Origin: Dehalococcoidia bacterium
GTDB lineage: Bacteria > Chloroflexota > Dehalococcoidia > SHYD01
Assembly (NCBI GenBank): GCA_009692945.1
Contig: SHYD01000003.1
Location: 15,459 to 79,458, forward strand
Direction: 5' to 3'
DNA length: 64,000 bases
Shown: in pieces, positions 27,182 through 36,334 of the stretch
Layout: the number at the start of each line of letters is the position of its first letter
Numbering within the stretch: the stretch's first letter is position 1
Notes under the pieces: model-generated
Seen by the model: the letters and a program-made list of their open reading frames with translations, nothing else
Told to the model about the DNA's origin: nothing
Databases searched by the model: none
Program-made: the position numbers and the translations under genes

Positions 27182-30100
27182 TTGGAAACTGCCTTCAAGC
27201 TGGCGCTCTTTTTCGCGGTCGCCGCACTCTACCTGGGTATTCTGGGGTACCTGCCCGCGCGCGTGCTGGTGCGGGGAGACGCGGCCAGGCTTCGGTGGCT
27301 CTTTTTGGCCCCCCTCGGGTTCTGCACTTTGGTGGTGCTCTCGTCGTTTCTCAATACCGGGTTCTTGCCGATGAGCCAATTGACCTGGCTCCTGCTGCTC
27401 GCCGGGGCGATTGGGGCGGGTCTCAGCCGCCGCTTCACCGGGTCCACGGGCCTTCCCCGCCCGGGGCGGGTCGAGGGTGCGGTGGCGGCGGTGGCGGTGC
27501 TGGCATTCGCGGTGGGGGTGGCGCCGTTGGTGCAGGCCGGGGCGACCACGTTCATCGGTGTGCAATGGGACCTGGAAATCTACCTGCCCCTCACCGAATA
27601 CCTCAAGCAGTACGTGGCGAACGGGCCTTTCCCGGCCCCGGCCAGCCCCCTGTTGGACAGCGCCAACAGCTTAGCCGTCCGCGGTGGATCGGGGCTAGGT
27701 TTCTCCTATTTCGATGCAGCGATGGGGACGTTGCTCAACTGGCCCTCGGACCAGACGTTCCGGCCGTCGCTCCACGCGCTGCTCGGCCTGACGGCGCCAT
27801 CGGTGTATCTGTTTGCCCGGCTTGGCCTCAAGCTCGCCGCCGCCCCAGCGTTGGCCGCCGCGGGATTGACGGCATGCAACGGGCTCAACCAATGGCTGGG
27901 TGCCATTGGCCTTGCCGGGCATACCGTGGCGCTGGGGTTGTTGCCGCTGGCATTGCTGGGCGTGTTGCTGGTCCTGCGGACCGTCAATTGGCGGGAAGCC
28001 GCCTTGGCGTCGCTCTCCATCGCTGCGATGCTGTTGTGCTTCTACACGGGCGCTGTGGCCGTGTTTGGAGTGGTTGCGGCCGGCGTTGGCCTGGCGCATC
28101 TGCTGACAGCGCCAGAAAAGCGGCGGGTGCTCGCCGCCGGAGGGATGACGCTCCTCGGCGTCGCGAGTCTTGGTATAGTGGCTCATTTCAGGTTCCTGGA
28201 ACTGTTGCCGCTCTACTTCGGCCAGGGGTTCACCGAAGGATGGCACGTCGTCCGCTTCTCCCCCGCCAGCGAGGCGCTGGGGCTTACCACATTCTCCCTG
28301 ATTGTGAACCGGCTCGACGGCACCGCATTCTGGGGGCCAGACCCTGCCCCCGAGTTAGCGGCGTTGGCCACCGGGTTGACGCTGGTGAGCGGAGGGCTTG
28401 GGCTGGTGGCGCTGCTCTCCGGTGGGTGGGACCGCCGCAGCATGGTGGGGCTGGCGGCCGCGGCCTTGGGATTCGCGGTGGTGCTGCGGTTTGGCGCCCA
28501 GTACCACTATGGCTACTTCAAGCTGCTGTCACTAACCTCGTTCATCCCGGCGTGCCTGGTGGCCCAGGGGTTATGGACCGTCTGGCAGCGTGGGGCGTCG
28601 GGCGCCTTTGGCGGCGGCCGGTTGGGGGTCCGCCGTCTGCTCGCATCCGCCTTCGTCATCGCGTTCCTGCCGCTGTTCGTGGCGAACGCCGTTCAAAGCC
28701 TGCGGTTCTTCTGGTCGGCGGATGAGAACGAGCTGCCGCAGGCGGTCTGGGAACTGGGGGCCCTGCGTTCGCTGATCCCACCCGGGGTCCCGGTGTATGT
28801 GGGTGGCCGCTCGTCCTTTGATCCCCGTACCACGGCGATGGTGGCGTATTATCTGCGGGCAAATCCGCTGGTGGGGAGCGTCAAGACGGCGTATGGCGAA
28901 CTCCAGAGCCGGCGTCCGGACGAGTACTTCGCCTACCTGTTGTTGCGGGCCGGGGACAGGCCGGAAAAGCGGGGGTTGACCGGCGCTGATGCCATCTGGC
29001 GAAACGATCTCGCGGTCCTATACCGGCGGCCTCCGGGGTGGCTGTCCGCCGTGGACTTCGAGAGTGTGGCGCAGCCGATGGTGGTCCGGCAGGACGGCGA
29101 ATACCGGGTGGAACTCACCTACAACTCCTGGTCCATTTCCGACGGTCAGCGTTCCTTCGAGGGTTCTCTGCATGCTGCAGCAAACCGGCCTCGTATCGAA
29201 TTATCGCTGCTGAGCATGGGCGAAGGGCGCGCCACCGTCCGGCGGGGCGACGCAGTCGACTCACTGGGGATCGAAGCCGGGCTGCTGAACTACCGATCGG
29301 AACCCGTGACCGCGCCTGGGGTCATGACCCTTCGGATCGATCGCACGGACCGCCCTGCCTGGCTCCTGGGACTGAGGGTAGTCAGCGAATCCGTGGGCGT
29401 GCCGGAGGTCTGGCGCAGAGAAGACCTGCTCTTGCTGCATCCCTCGGCTCAGGTGGTGGGGTCTGAGGCCCGATTGACGCTCGACTATCTGCTGTCGGAC
29501 CCCAAGGGCGGGGACCTCGCGGTGGGAGTCGAGGTGTACCGGCGGGGACGAGACCAGCAGGACCTGCGTCCTATCGACGCATGGCAGATCGTGAAGGAGC
29601 AGGGCGATGGAGATGGCGAGGCGCGCTTTGTGCTCGACGCTTCCGGCTGGCGCTGCGGTGAGGCTTCCGCCCAATTGAACCAAGGAGGGGCGCCCCCGCC
29701 GGATGGGGAGTATGAGGCCCATGTTGCGGTGTACTACCTCGGACTGGAGGTGGCGCGGTGGCCGTGGGTTGCTATCAGCAGGCAGGGGCAGGAAGTCCGT
29801 TTGCAGTTGAGGCCGATGGAGCAATATCACCTGTTGCCCATCCCGCTCCCCACCGATGTTGCGAGGCTGGCGTCGCACATCCCAGATGGACTGAACGTGG
29901 TGGCTCCGGCGGTGACCGACCCCGACAGCGCCTTCATCGCAGTGGCGCGATGGAAATTGAAGGACAGACTGGTCGCTCGGGACCAAACGGCCCTCGATGC
30001 CCCTCTCGTGTTGCTGCCGCGCCGCGAGAGCCCCGGCGACTGGGGACTGGGCGGGGCTGCTGTGGTGTGGCGGAACTCCCAGGCCGTCCTGTACCGGGCG

Positions 30101-30568
30101 CCGGCGGGCATCCGGTTGGGCGCCGGCGCCGATCGCGGTTGGGCCGGGTGGCGGCTGCGGGCATCCTCGGAGCGGGACGCCGGGACCGTTGCGACCGTCC
30201 GTGTCGAGTTGAGCGGGCCACAACGTGAAAACACGCTAATTGGGTTGGACGTGTACGGCGAACGCTCGTGCGGGCTTGAGCATTTTGGCTGGTGGGCGGC
30301 GGCGACAAACCAACTGCCGCCGCGATTCCAAGCGGTGCTGGACATGACACGCCAGCTCGGGCGGATCGAAGACCGTGCGGATTCGCCGCTGCCATTCTCA
30401 TTCCAGACCTGGCCGGTATCCGACGGGAGGTTCCGCGCGTTCCTATACCTCAAACAGGGAGAGGTGTTTGACAGCTTCCCGGCCTTCGAGTTTACTGTGG
30501 AGAACGGCCGGGTGGTGCGGTACCGGGGGTTTCCAGTCGACCGGCTGGTCCCCCTCCGAGGGAATTGA
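27182..30568 (+). CDS. Large polytopic membrane protein of unknown function (possible GT-C-like N-terminal half plus a ~570-aa extracytoplasmic C-terminal half)
   Basis: 1128-aa ORF from a TTG. About 13 hydrophobic helices fall in the first ~560 aa. The soluble C-terminal half has an internal repeat ending W-R-N-x-x-A-V-L-Y-R-x-P-x-G. I recognise no family motif. Confidence 0.6.
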   Translation: METAFKLALFFAVAALYLGILGYLPARVLVRGDAARLRWLFLAPLGFCTLVVLSSFLNTGFLPMSQLTWLLLLAGAIGAGLSRRFTGSTGLPRPGRVEGAVAAVAVLAFAVGVAPLVQAGATTFIGVQWDLEIYLPLTEYLKQYVANGPFPAPASPLLDSANSLAVRGGSGLGFSYFDAAMGTLLNWPSDQTFRPSLHALLGLTAPSVYLFARLGLKLAAAPALAAAGLTACNGLNQWLGAIGLAGHTVALGLLPLALLGVLLVLRTVNWREAALASLSIAAMLLCFYTGAVAVFGVVAAGVGLAHLLTAPEKRRVLAAGGMTLLGVASLGIVAHFRFLELLPLYFGQGFTEGWHVVRFSPASEALGLTTFSLIVNRLDGTAFWGPDPAPELAALATGLTLVSGGLGLVALLSGGWDRRSMVGLAAAALGFAVVLRFGAQYHYGYFKLLSLTSFIPACLVAQGLWTVWQRGASGAFGGGRLGVRRLLASAFVIAFLPLFVANAVQSLRFFWSADENELPQAVWELGALRSLIPPGVPVYVGGRSSFDPRTTAMVAYYLRANPLVGSVKTAYGELQSRRPDEYFAYLLLRAGDRPEKRGLTGADAIWRNDLAVLYRRPPGWLSAVDFESVAQPMVVRQDGEYRVELTYNSWSISDGQRSFEGSLHAAANRPRIELSLLSMGEGRATVRRGDAVDSLGIEAGLLNYRSEPVTAPGVMTLRIDRTDRPAWLLGLRVVSESVGVPEVWRREDLLLLHPSAQVVGSEARLTLDYLLSDPKGGDLAVGVEVYRRGRDQQDLRPIDAWQIVKEQGDGDGEARFVLDASGWRCGEASAQLNQGGAPPPDGEYEAHVAVYYLGLEVARWPWVAISRQGQEVRLQLRPMEQYHLLPIPLPTDVARLASHIPDGLNVVAPAVTDPDSAFIAVARWKLKDRLVARDQTALDAPLVLLPRRESPGDWGLGGAAVVWRNSQAVLYRAPAGIRLGAGADRGWAGWRLRASSERDAGTVATVRVELSGPQRENTLIGLDVYGERSCGLEHFGWWAAATNQLPPRFQAVLDMTRQLGRIEDRADSPLPFSFQTWPVSDGRFRAFLYLKQGEVFDSFPAFEFTVENGRVVRYRGFPVDRLVPLRGN

Positions 30569-30647
30569 GGTCACGAGTGATTGCGCCCGAAAGCTTGACC
30601 GGGAAGCCTGGGCCTATGATTGCCCTCCCCAAACAGCGTTTCTGCCG

Positions 30648-32678
30648 TTGAATAAGTTGGAGCAATTGAAGGCCGCGCCCCCAACCCTTCGCCAGGGTCT
30701 GGTGCGGCGCTTGGCACGCATTCCAGAGGCGGCGTTGGTGGCTCTGGCGGTGGCGGTGGCGGTGTTGCTGGCGTTGCCGAACCTCGAGAGCAACCCTCCG
30801 CTGTCCTACGACGAGGGCTATGGGCTGGGGGCGCCCCACAACCTGCTCCAGGAGGGTTGGTACGGCGTCCGTATCGGACACCGCAACGAACTCTTCGACA
30901 CCCACCTCAGCACCGGTCCCACCGTCCTCTTGCCCGTCTGGGCGATGTTTGTCCTCTTCGGCGAAGGGGTGGCCAAAGCGCGGGCGATTCCGATCCTGTA
31001 CGGCGCTCTTGTGGTTGCCGCCGGGTACTGGTTCGTGCGGTCGTATGCCGGCCGGTTGGGTGGGCTCGCAGCGGCGCTGCTGCTGGCCGGCGCGCTCTAC
31101 CCCTATTCGCGGTCGGTGCTGGGGGAGACTCCCGGCTTCTTCTGGCTGTTGCTGGGTTCCTTGCTCTGGTGCCATGGAATTCGCCGCAACAGCATCCCGC
31201 GGCTGCTCCTGTCGGGAATCGCGCTGGGCTTGGCGGTGCTGACCAAGCTGGCGTTGGGCCCGATCATCCTTGTTGGGTTTGGCGCCACCCTTCTCGGCAC
31301 GGTGGCTTTGGGGCGTCCGCTGCGTCTCAGGGCGGGGCTGGCGCCCTTGCTCGCAGGCATGGTTCCGGTGGCAACGTGGTATGCGGTCCAATTCGTTTTC
31401 CTGGGGCCGGTGGCGTTCTGGCAGCGGCTCACGACGCTCACAAGCTATCAGGGCCAGATGGCGGACCTGGGACGGGTGGGCGGCAACTGGGAGGCGCTGG
31501 CGGGCTTTGTGCCCTCCGGCCTGCTCCCCTGGGTGGCGCCCGCAGCGTTGTTCCTCGTAGTCCAGGTGTTCCGGGCAGGGTCGCGCCGGCCCGAAATCAT
31601 CCTGTTGGGTGGTCTGATGGCGGCATCGCTGTGCTACTTTTTGCTGTCGGTGGGATGGTCGCGCTACGCTTACTGGTTCGTCTTGTTCTGCGCGTTGGCC
31701 GTCGGGTCGCTGGCGCCGCTGTTTCTCAGGGAGTTGCGGCGCCATATTCCGGCCGCCACCGCACAGGCTCGCTGGGCGTGGGCAGCGCCTCTCGCCGTTT
31801 GGGCAATGCTGTTGCTCCCCCAGGCCGGCTGGTCGCTCAGCAGCGCCGCTCGCAGTGATGAATCGTTGGCCAACACCGTGGGTTTCGTGAAGCAGCATGT
31901 GCATCCCGACGATGCCGCAGGGACCACGGAGAACGAGGTCGGGTTCGTTTCCGGCGTAAGGTTCACGTATCCCCCGACCTTTGTCGCTACCGTCTCGAAT
32001 GAAACGGTGCGGGACAGCTATGACTGGGCCTGGGGCACAACAGACTGGGTGGTGACGGGGCTTATTGGGCATTTCCTGGGAGCTGACAAGGCGCTGGAGC
32101 AGAACGGCCGCTTCGTGGAGCGGTTCCGTGCGGGGGCATACCGGGTGTTCCAACGGCATCCCGACGCCGCACCGCTGCCGGGATGGTTGTGGAACGCCAC
32201 CGGGGCCTCTCCCTCGCCGGCGCTCGGTGCAGGGCAGGCCGGCCAGGCCTTCGTGGCGCCTTACTCTATGATCACCGAAGTGCGGGTGTTGCTGGCCGGA
32301 GAGGGCCGGACGAATAACGCCGCAGTGTGGCTGCGCATCTACGACACGCCATCGCGCGGGCGGATGTTGTCGCAGGCTGAGATATCTGGGCGGGACATCG
32401 TGCAGAACAAGTGGTACTCCTTCGACGTTGGCAGGCTCCACATGGTTCGGGGGCAGCAATACTATCTGGAGTTGGTGTCGCGCCCTGGCCCCAACGAAGT
32501 GTCGGTTACGGCATGGGTGAACGCCGCGATGGACTATTATCCCGATGGCCGGTGGTGGCAGGACGGCCTGGCCCAGGAGGGCGACCTGTATTTCGGCGTA
32601 CTCGGGCACGACCCCTCAGGGGGCCTGGTCCGCAATCTGGGGCCGGAGGCGTTGTGGTTGAGCGGAGCCGGGCCGTAG
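30648..32678 (+). CDS. GT39/PMT_2-like (ArnT-type GT-C) membrane glycosyltransferase with a C-terminal beta-rich domain
   Basis: ORF 30375..32678 trimmed to an in-frame TTG at 30648, after the upstream stop; the start is uncertain. N-terminal SYDEGYGLGAP...LSTGPTVLLPVW..., about 11 TM helices and a ~250-aa soluble C-terminus. Confidence 0.65.
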   Translation: MNKLEQLKAAPPTLRQGLVRRLARIPEAALVALAVAVAVLLALPNLESNPPLSYDEGYGLGAPHNLLQEGWYGVRIGHRNELFDTHLSTGPTVLLPVWAMFVLFGEGVAKARAIPILYGALVVAAGYWFVRSYAGRLGGLAAALLLAGALYPYSRSVLGETPGFFWLLLGSLLWCHGIRRNSIPRLLLSGIALGLAVLTKLALGPIILVGFGATLLGTVALGRPLRLRAGLAPLLAGMVPVATWYAVQFVFLGPVAFWQRLTTLTSYQGQMADLGRVGGNWEALAGFVPSGLLPWVAPAALFLVVQVFRAGSRRPEIILLGGLMAASLCYFLLSVGWSRYAYWFVLFCALAVGSLAPLFLRELRRHIPAATAQARWAWAAPLAVWAMLLLPQAGWSLSSAARSDESLANTVGFVKQHVHPDDAAGTTENEVGFVSGVRFTYPPTFVATVSNETVRDSYDWAWGTTDWVVTGLIGHFLGADKALEQNGRFVERFRAGAYRVFQRHPDAAPLPGWLWNATGASPSPALGAGQAGQAFVAPYSMITEVRVLLAGEGRTNNAAVWLRIYDTPSRGRMLSQAEISGRDIVQNKWYSFDVGRLHMVRGQQYYLELVSRPGPNEVSVTAWVNAAMDYYPDGRWWQDGLAQEGDLYFGVLGHDPSGGLVRNLGPEALWLSGAGP

Positions 32679-34072
32679 TGCTGCTGCTTCAGGGCGCGGG
32701 GCGTCCGCTCCACCGGTTGGTGGTGCGGCAGGGCTTTCGCCTAGCCAATCGCAACTCGGCCCTCGGACGCAATTGGGCCGCCTTGGAGGCGAGCCAATGG
32801 TGGTCCGCCGAAGCGTTGCGCGTTGAGCAATGGACGAAGCTGCAACGGCTGGTGCTCCACGCCTTCAACCAATCGCCCTTCTACCGTCTCGCCATGGAGG
32901 ACCTAGGCATGACGCCCCACGACATCCGGTCCCCCGAAGACTTCGCCCGTCTCCCCATCGTCGACAAGCAGACCATCAATGGCCAGCGCGAGACGATGGT
33001 GGCGCAGCAGTTCCCACGCGACCGGCTTATCAAGACTGCCAGTGGCGGCTCCACCGGCGTTCCGGTCAGCCTCTATCACGATCCCGGTTTCGTGGCGGCG
33101 TACCGGGCGGTGAAACTCCGCAACTTTGGCTGGGCCGGGTGGCGCCCCGGTGATGCCTGGGCCCGGCTGTGGGGCGCCCAGTTCGATGTCGCTCCGCACC
33201 AGCAGTTGAAGCAGCAGGTTTGGGACGGGCTGACCCGCGTGATGGTGCTCCCGTGCTGGGACATGAGCGAAACGACCATGACGGAGTACGCAGGCCGGCT
33301 TCGCCGGTTCCGTCCCGACGTGATCGAGGCGTATGTGACTCCGATGTATCACTTTGCCCGGTTCCTCGATGCCCGGGGGATCCGTGGGATCGAGCCCCGG
33401 GGGATCATCTGCTCCGCCGAAATGCTGTTCGACCATCAACGTGACCTGATCCAGCGGGTTTTCGGATGCAAGGTGTTCAATCGGTACGGTGGGAGGGAGG
33501 CGGGCGACATCGCCCACGAGTGCCCGGCCGGCACAATGCACCTCAACGCGGAGAACTACTACGTGGAGTTCCTGCGGGATGGGCGCCCGGTGGCCCCAGG
33601 AGAGCCGGGAGAGATCGTGGTTACCCCGCTGGACCTGTTCGGGATGCCGCTGCTTCGCTACCGGGTGGAGGACGCCGGTTCCCCGGCAACAGGGTCCTGC
33701 GTCTGCGGCAGGGGCCTGCCGGGCATGGCCGTGGTGGAAGGCCGGATTCAGGACCTGATCACCCTTCCAGGAGGACGGTCTTTGCCGGGAGAATTCTTCC
33801 CCCATCTTCTGAAAGATTTCCCCGTCAGGCAATTCCAGGTGGAGCAGGACCGGCCGGATCACGCCGTGTTGCGTTTGGTACGTGGCGAGGGTTTTACCGA
33901 TGACAACCTGGCCTACCTGTTGGAGAAAACGCGTGAATACACGGCCGGGACGTTGGATGTTACTGTCGAGTTTTGCGAGTCCATCCCGCTGACCCCCACC
34001 GGCAAGTTCCGCTACACCATTTCCCATGTGCCCCCGGTGTTCATTCCGGTCAGAGCGGACTCCCGTGTTTGA
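32678..34072 (+). CDS. Phenylacetate-CoA ligase family / CapK / F390-synthetase-like adenylate-forming enzyme
   Basis: GTG at 32678 overlaps the upstream TAG (TAGTG). Motifs SPFYRLAMEDLGMTPHDIRSPEDFARLPIVDKQ, SGGSTGVP and TPTGKFRY. Confidence 0.8.
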   Translation: MLLLQGAGRPLHRLVVRQGFRLANRNSALGRNWAALEASQWWSAEALRVEQWTKLQRLVLHAFNQSPFYRLAMEDLGMTPHDIRSPEDFARLPIVDKQTINGQRETMVAQQFPRDRLIKTASGGSTGVPVSLYHDPGFVAAYRAVKLRNFGWAGWRPGDAWARLWGAQFDVAPHQQLKQQVWDGLTRVMVLPCWDMSETTMTEYAGRLRRFRPDVIEAYVTPMYHFARFLDARGIRGIEPRGIICSAEMLFDHQRDLIQRVFGCKVFNRYGGREAGDIAHECPAGTMHLNAENYYVEFLRDGRPVAPGEPGEIVVTPLDLFGMPLLRYRVEDAGSPATGSCVCGRGLPGMAVVEGRIQDLITLPGGRSLPGEFFPHLLKDFPVRQFQVEQDRPDHAVLRLVRGEGFTDDNLAYLLEKTREYTAGTLDVTVEFCESIPLTPTGKFRYTISHVPPVFIPVRADSRV

Positions 34073-35552
34073 CCCGTCCGCGGTGGCGATTTGGGACGCC
34101 GGAGTGACCAACTACCCGGAGTCGCCGCCGTTTCACCCGGAAACTGCCTACCCGGAGTATCCCTTCGGCCCGGCAGCGGTGGGACCTCCAAACCTCGTTT
34201 ATGGGGCGGTCAGAGCGATGCTGAACGGCCTGGGGCTGGACTCGGCCAACTTTGGCCGGCCGGAATGGAATCCCCTGGGCGAACTCGTCCAACCCGGCAA
34301 TACGGTGGTGATCAAGCCGAATTTCGTCATCAGCGAGCACCGGGACGGCCTGCCCGGGATCCAGGCGGCGGTGGTCCACGGGTCGGTGTTGCGTCCGCTG
34401 GTGGACTACGTGTATCGGGCGCTCGAAGGGCGCGGGCGAATCATCGTGGCTGATTCGCCGATCAAAGAGGTCGATTTCGATCGGATCGTCGAACTCACCG
34501 GGATCGCCGCCATCAAGGCATTCTACGACTCCGGGACGCCGCAGGGGCTGGAGCTGCTGGATTTCCGGGACGCTCAGGTGGAACGCAACGCCTCCGGGTT
34601 CATGGTCGAATTGCGGCCGTTGACGGGGGACCCCGCAGGCTACACGCTGGTGGACCTGGGACGGGACAGCATGTTCGAGGAGATCGCCGGCCTTGCCGGG
34701 CGGCTGCGCAGCACCGCGGTGTACTACGAAGACGTGATGGAGTCTTTCCACCGCCCCGGCCACAATGTGTACAGCCTGCCCAACACGCTGCTGAACGCCG
34801 ATGTGGTTATTTCCGTGGCCAAGCTGAAGACCCATCGCAAGGGCGGCATCACCCTGACCCTCAAGAATGCCGTCGGGATCACTAACGAGAAGCGGGGGTT
34901 GCCGCACCACCGGGCGGGACCGCCACGGGCCGGCGGCGATGCGGTGGCCGACGACGCCCGGCTCGACGCCCAACTGGAGGACCGGTTCCGGGATTTCATG
35001 TTGGGCCAGCCCCTGGGCCGGACCGGCCTGAGGGTGATGGGCGGGCCGCTGCGGACGGCGGCCCGGGTGGTGAAGCCGCTGTTCCGGCGGCTCTCTCCCG
35101 GGCGCCCGGCTGTGGTGGAAGGCGACTGGTACGGCAACGACACGGTGTGGCGAATGGCGCTCGATCTGAACCGGGTCCTGCTGTACACCGGGCGCGATGG
35201 CATGCTGAAGGATATCCCCCAGCGGCGCTATCTCGGCGTGGTCGACGGTGTGGTGGCGGGAGAGGGCGAGGGGCCCCTATTCCCCACCCCAAAGGCCTGC
35301 GGCGCGCTGCTGGCAGGTGGGAACCCGGTGCTGGTGGACATCGCCGGAACGCGGTTGATGGGGTTCGACTGGCACAAGGTGCCGATGCTGCGAGAGGCGG
35401 TGGCGCGGCGGTGGCCGGTCACGATTCCAGTCGATCCGGAAAATTTTCCCATTTTCAGTAACCATAGTGCATGGAGTACAGTTTTAGAGTCTACGGAGGG
35501 GTGTTTTTCCTTCGAGCCAACCCAAGGCTGGAAGGGACACATCGAGACGTGA
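34065..35552 (+). CDS. DUF362 domain protein
   Basis: GTG at 34065 overlaps the upstream gene by 8 nt. Motifs GNTVVIKPNFV and VVISVAKLKTHRKGGITLTLKNAVGI. Confidence 0.8.
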   Translation: MFDPSAVAIWDAGVTNYPESPPFHPETAYPEYPFGPAAVGPPNLVYGAVRAMLNGLGLDSANFGRPEWNPLGELVQPGNTVVIKPNFVISEHRDGLPGIQAAVVHGSVLRPLVDYVYRALEGRGRIIVADSPIKEVDFDRIVELTGIAAIKAFYDSGTPQGLELLDFRDAQVERNASGFMVELRPLTGDPAGYTLVDLGRDSMFEEIAGLAGRLRSTAVYYEDVMESFHRPGHNVYSLPNTLLNADVVISVAKLKTHRKGGITLTLKNAVGITNEKRGLPHHRAGPPRAGGDAVADDARLDAQLEDRFRDFMLGQPLGRTGLRVMGGPLRTAARVVKPLFRRLSPGRPAVVEGDWYGNDTVWRMALDLNRVLLYTGRDGMLKDIPQRRYLGVVDGVVAGEGEGPLFPTPKACGALLAGGNPVLVDIAGTRLMGFDWHKVPMLREAVARRWPVTIPVDPENFPIFSNHSAWSTVLESTEGCFSFEPTQGWKGHIET

Positions 35553-35717
35553 GTTGGAGTGCCGCTCCCGTCATCAGACGGCTGGCGCACCGGCGCCCGA
35601 TGGCGGCAGTTCTCATGATGTACGATAGTGGCACTTCACCCCTGGAATCGGCGCTGGCGGCGGAGTGATTCGAGACTCGATCCAGACCGAATGATTGCTG
35701 CACCGGGCGCCGGTCCG

Positions 35718-35745
35718 GTGTAACAGGCGGGATTCGCGGTTCGTT
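35718..35745 (+). promoter_or_regulatory. Candidate ECF-type promoter (GTGTAAC-N17-CGTT) for the sigma/anti-sigma pair
   Basis: An AAC-containing -35-like element and a CGTT -10-like element 17 nt apart. It ends only 8 nt before the GTG at 35753, which would imply a leaderless or near-leaderless transcript. Confidence 0.3.
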
Positions 35746-35752
35746 TAAGAAA

Positions 35753-36334
35753 GTGAAGGTCGTGAGCGACAGACCAGCGTTGACCCAAGACCCTCAAGAA
35801 CTCGCCCAGGTGGAGAAAGCCATCACGGGCGATGCTGAGAGTTTTGGGCAACTGTACGACCGCTACATCGACAGGATCTACCGTCACCTGTACTACCGGG
35901 TGGGTAACCCAGCCGAAGCAGAGGATCTTGCAGCGCAGGTGTTCCTGAAAGCATGGAACGCCATGGGGCGCTACAAGCCAATGGGGCGGCCGTTCGGAGT
36001 GTGGCTGCTGAGCATTGCTCACAACCTGTTGGTGGATCACTATAGGGCGAAGCGGGACAGCACTTCGATCGACGATGTCATCATCCCTGCGGATGATAGC
36101 GCAGACCCAGTGACCCTGGCGGAGAAGAGCTTTGCGAGCGCCGCGCTGCGGCAGGGCATCAAGAAGTTGAAACGGGACCAGCAGGTGGTTGTGGTGATGC
36201 GCTACATCGACGGAGTGGATTACTCGGATATCGCGGCGTTCTTGAACAAGAGCGAGGGCGCGGTGCGGGTGATCCTCCACCGGGCGCTCCTTTCTTTGCG
36301 CGGCATTATGGGACCAGAGGCAGGGCGATTGTGA
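35753..36334 (+). CDS. RNA polymerase sigma-70 factor, ECF subfamily
   Basis: Region 2 YDRYIDRIYRHLYYRVGNPAEAEDLAAQVFLKAW. Region 4 VVVMRYIDGVDYSDIAAFLNKSEGAVRVILHRAL. Confidence 0.9.
   Translation: MKVVSDRPALTQDPQELAQVEKAITGDAESFGQLYDRYIDRIYRHLYYRVGNPAEAEDLAAQVFLKAWNAMGRYKPMGRPFGVWLLSIAHNLLVDHYRAKRDSTSIDDVIIPADDSADPVTLAEKSFASAALRQGIKKLKRDQQVVVVMRYIDGVDYSDIAAFLNKSEGAVRVILHRALLSLRGIMGPEAGRL

Noticed and set aside
30492-32609. 705-aa ORF antisense to the GT39-like gene
   Set aside because: Shadow ORF: Arg/Pro/Gly/Gln-rich and low complexity. The sense strand encodes a coherent polytopic membrane protein.
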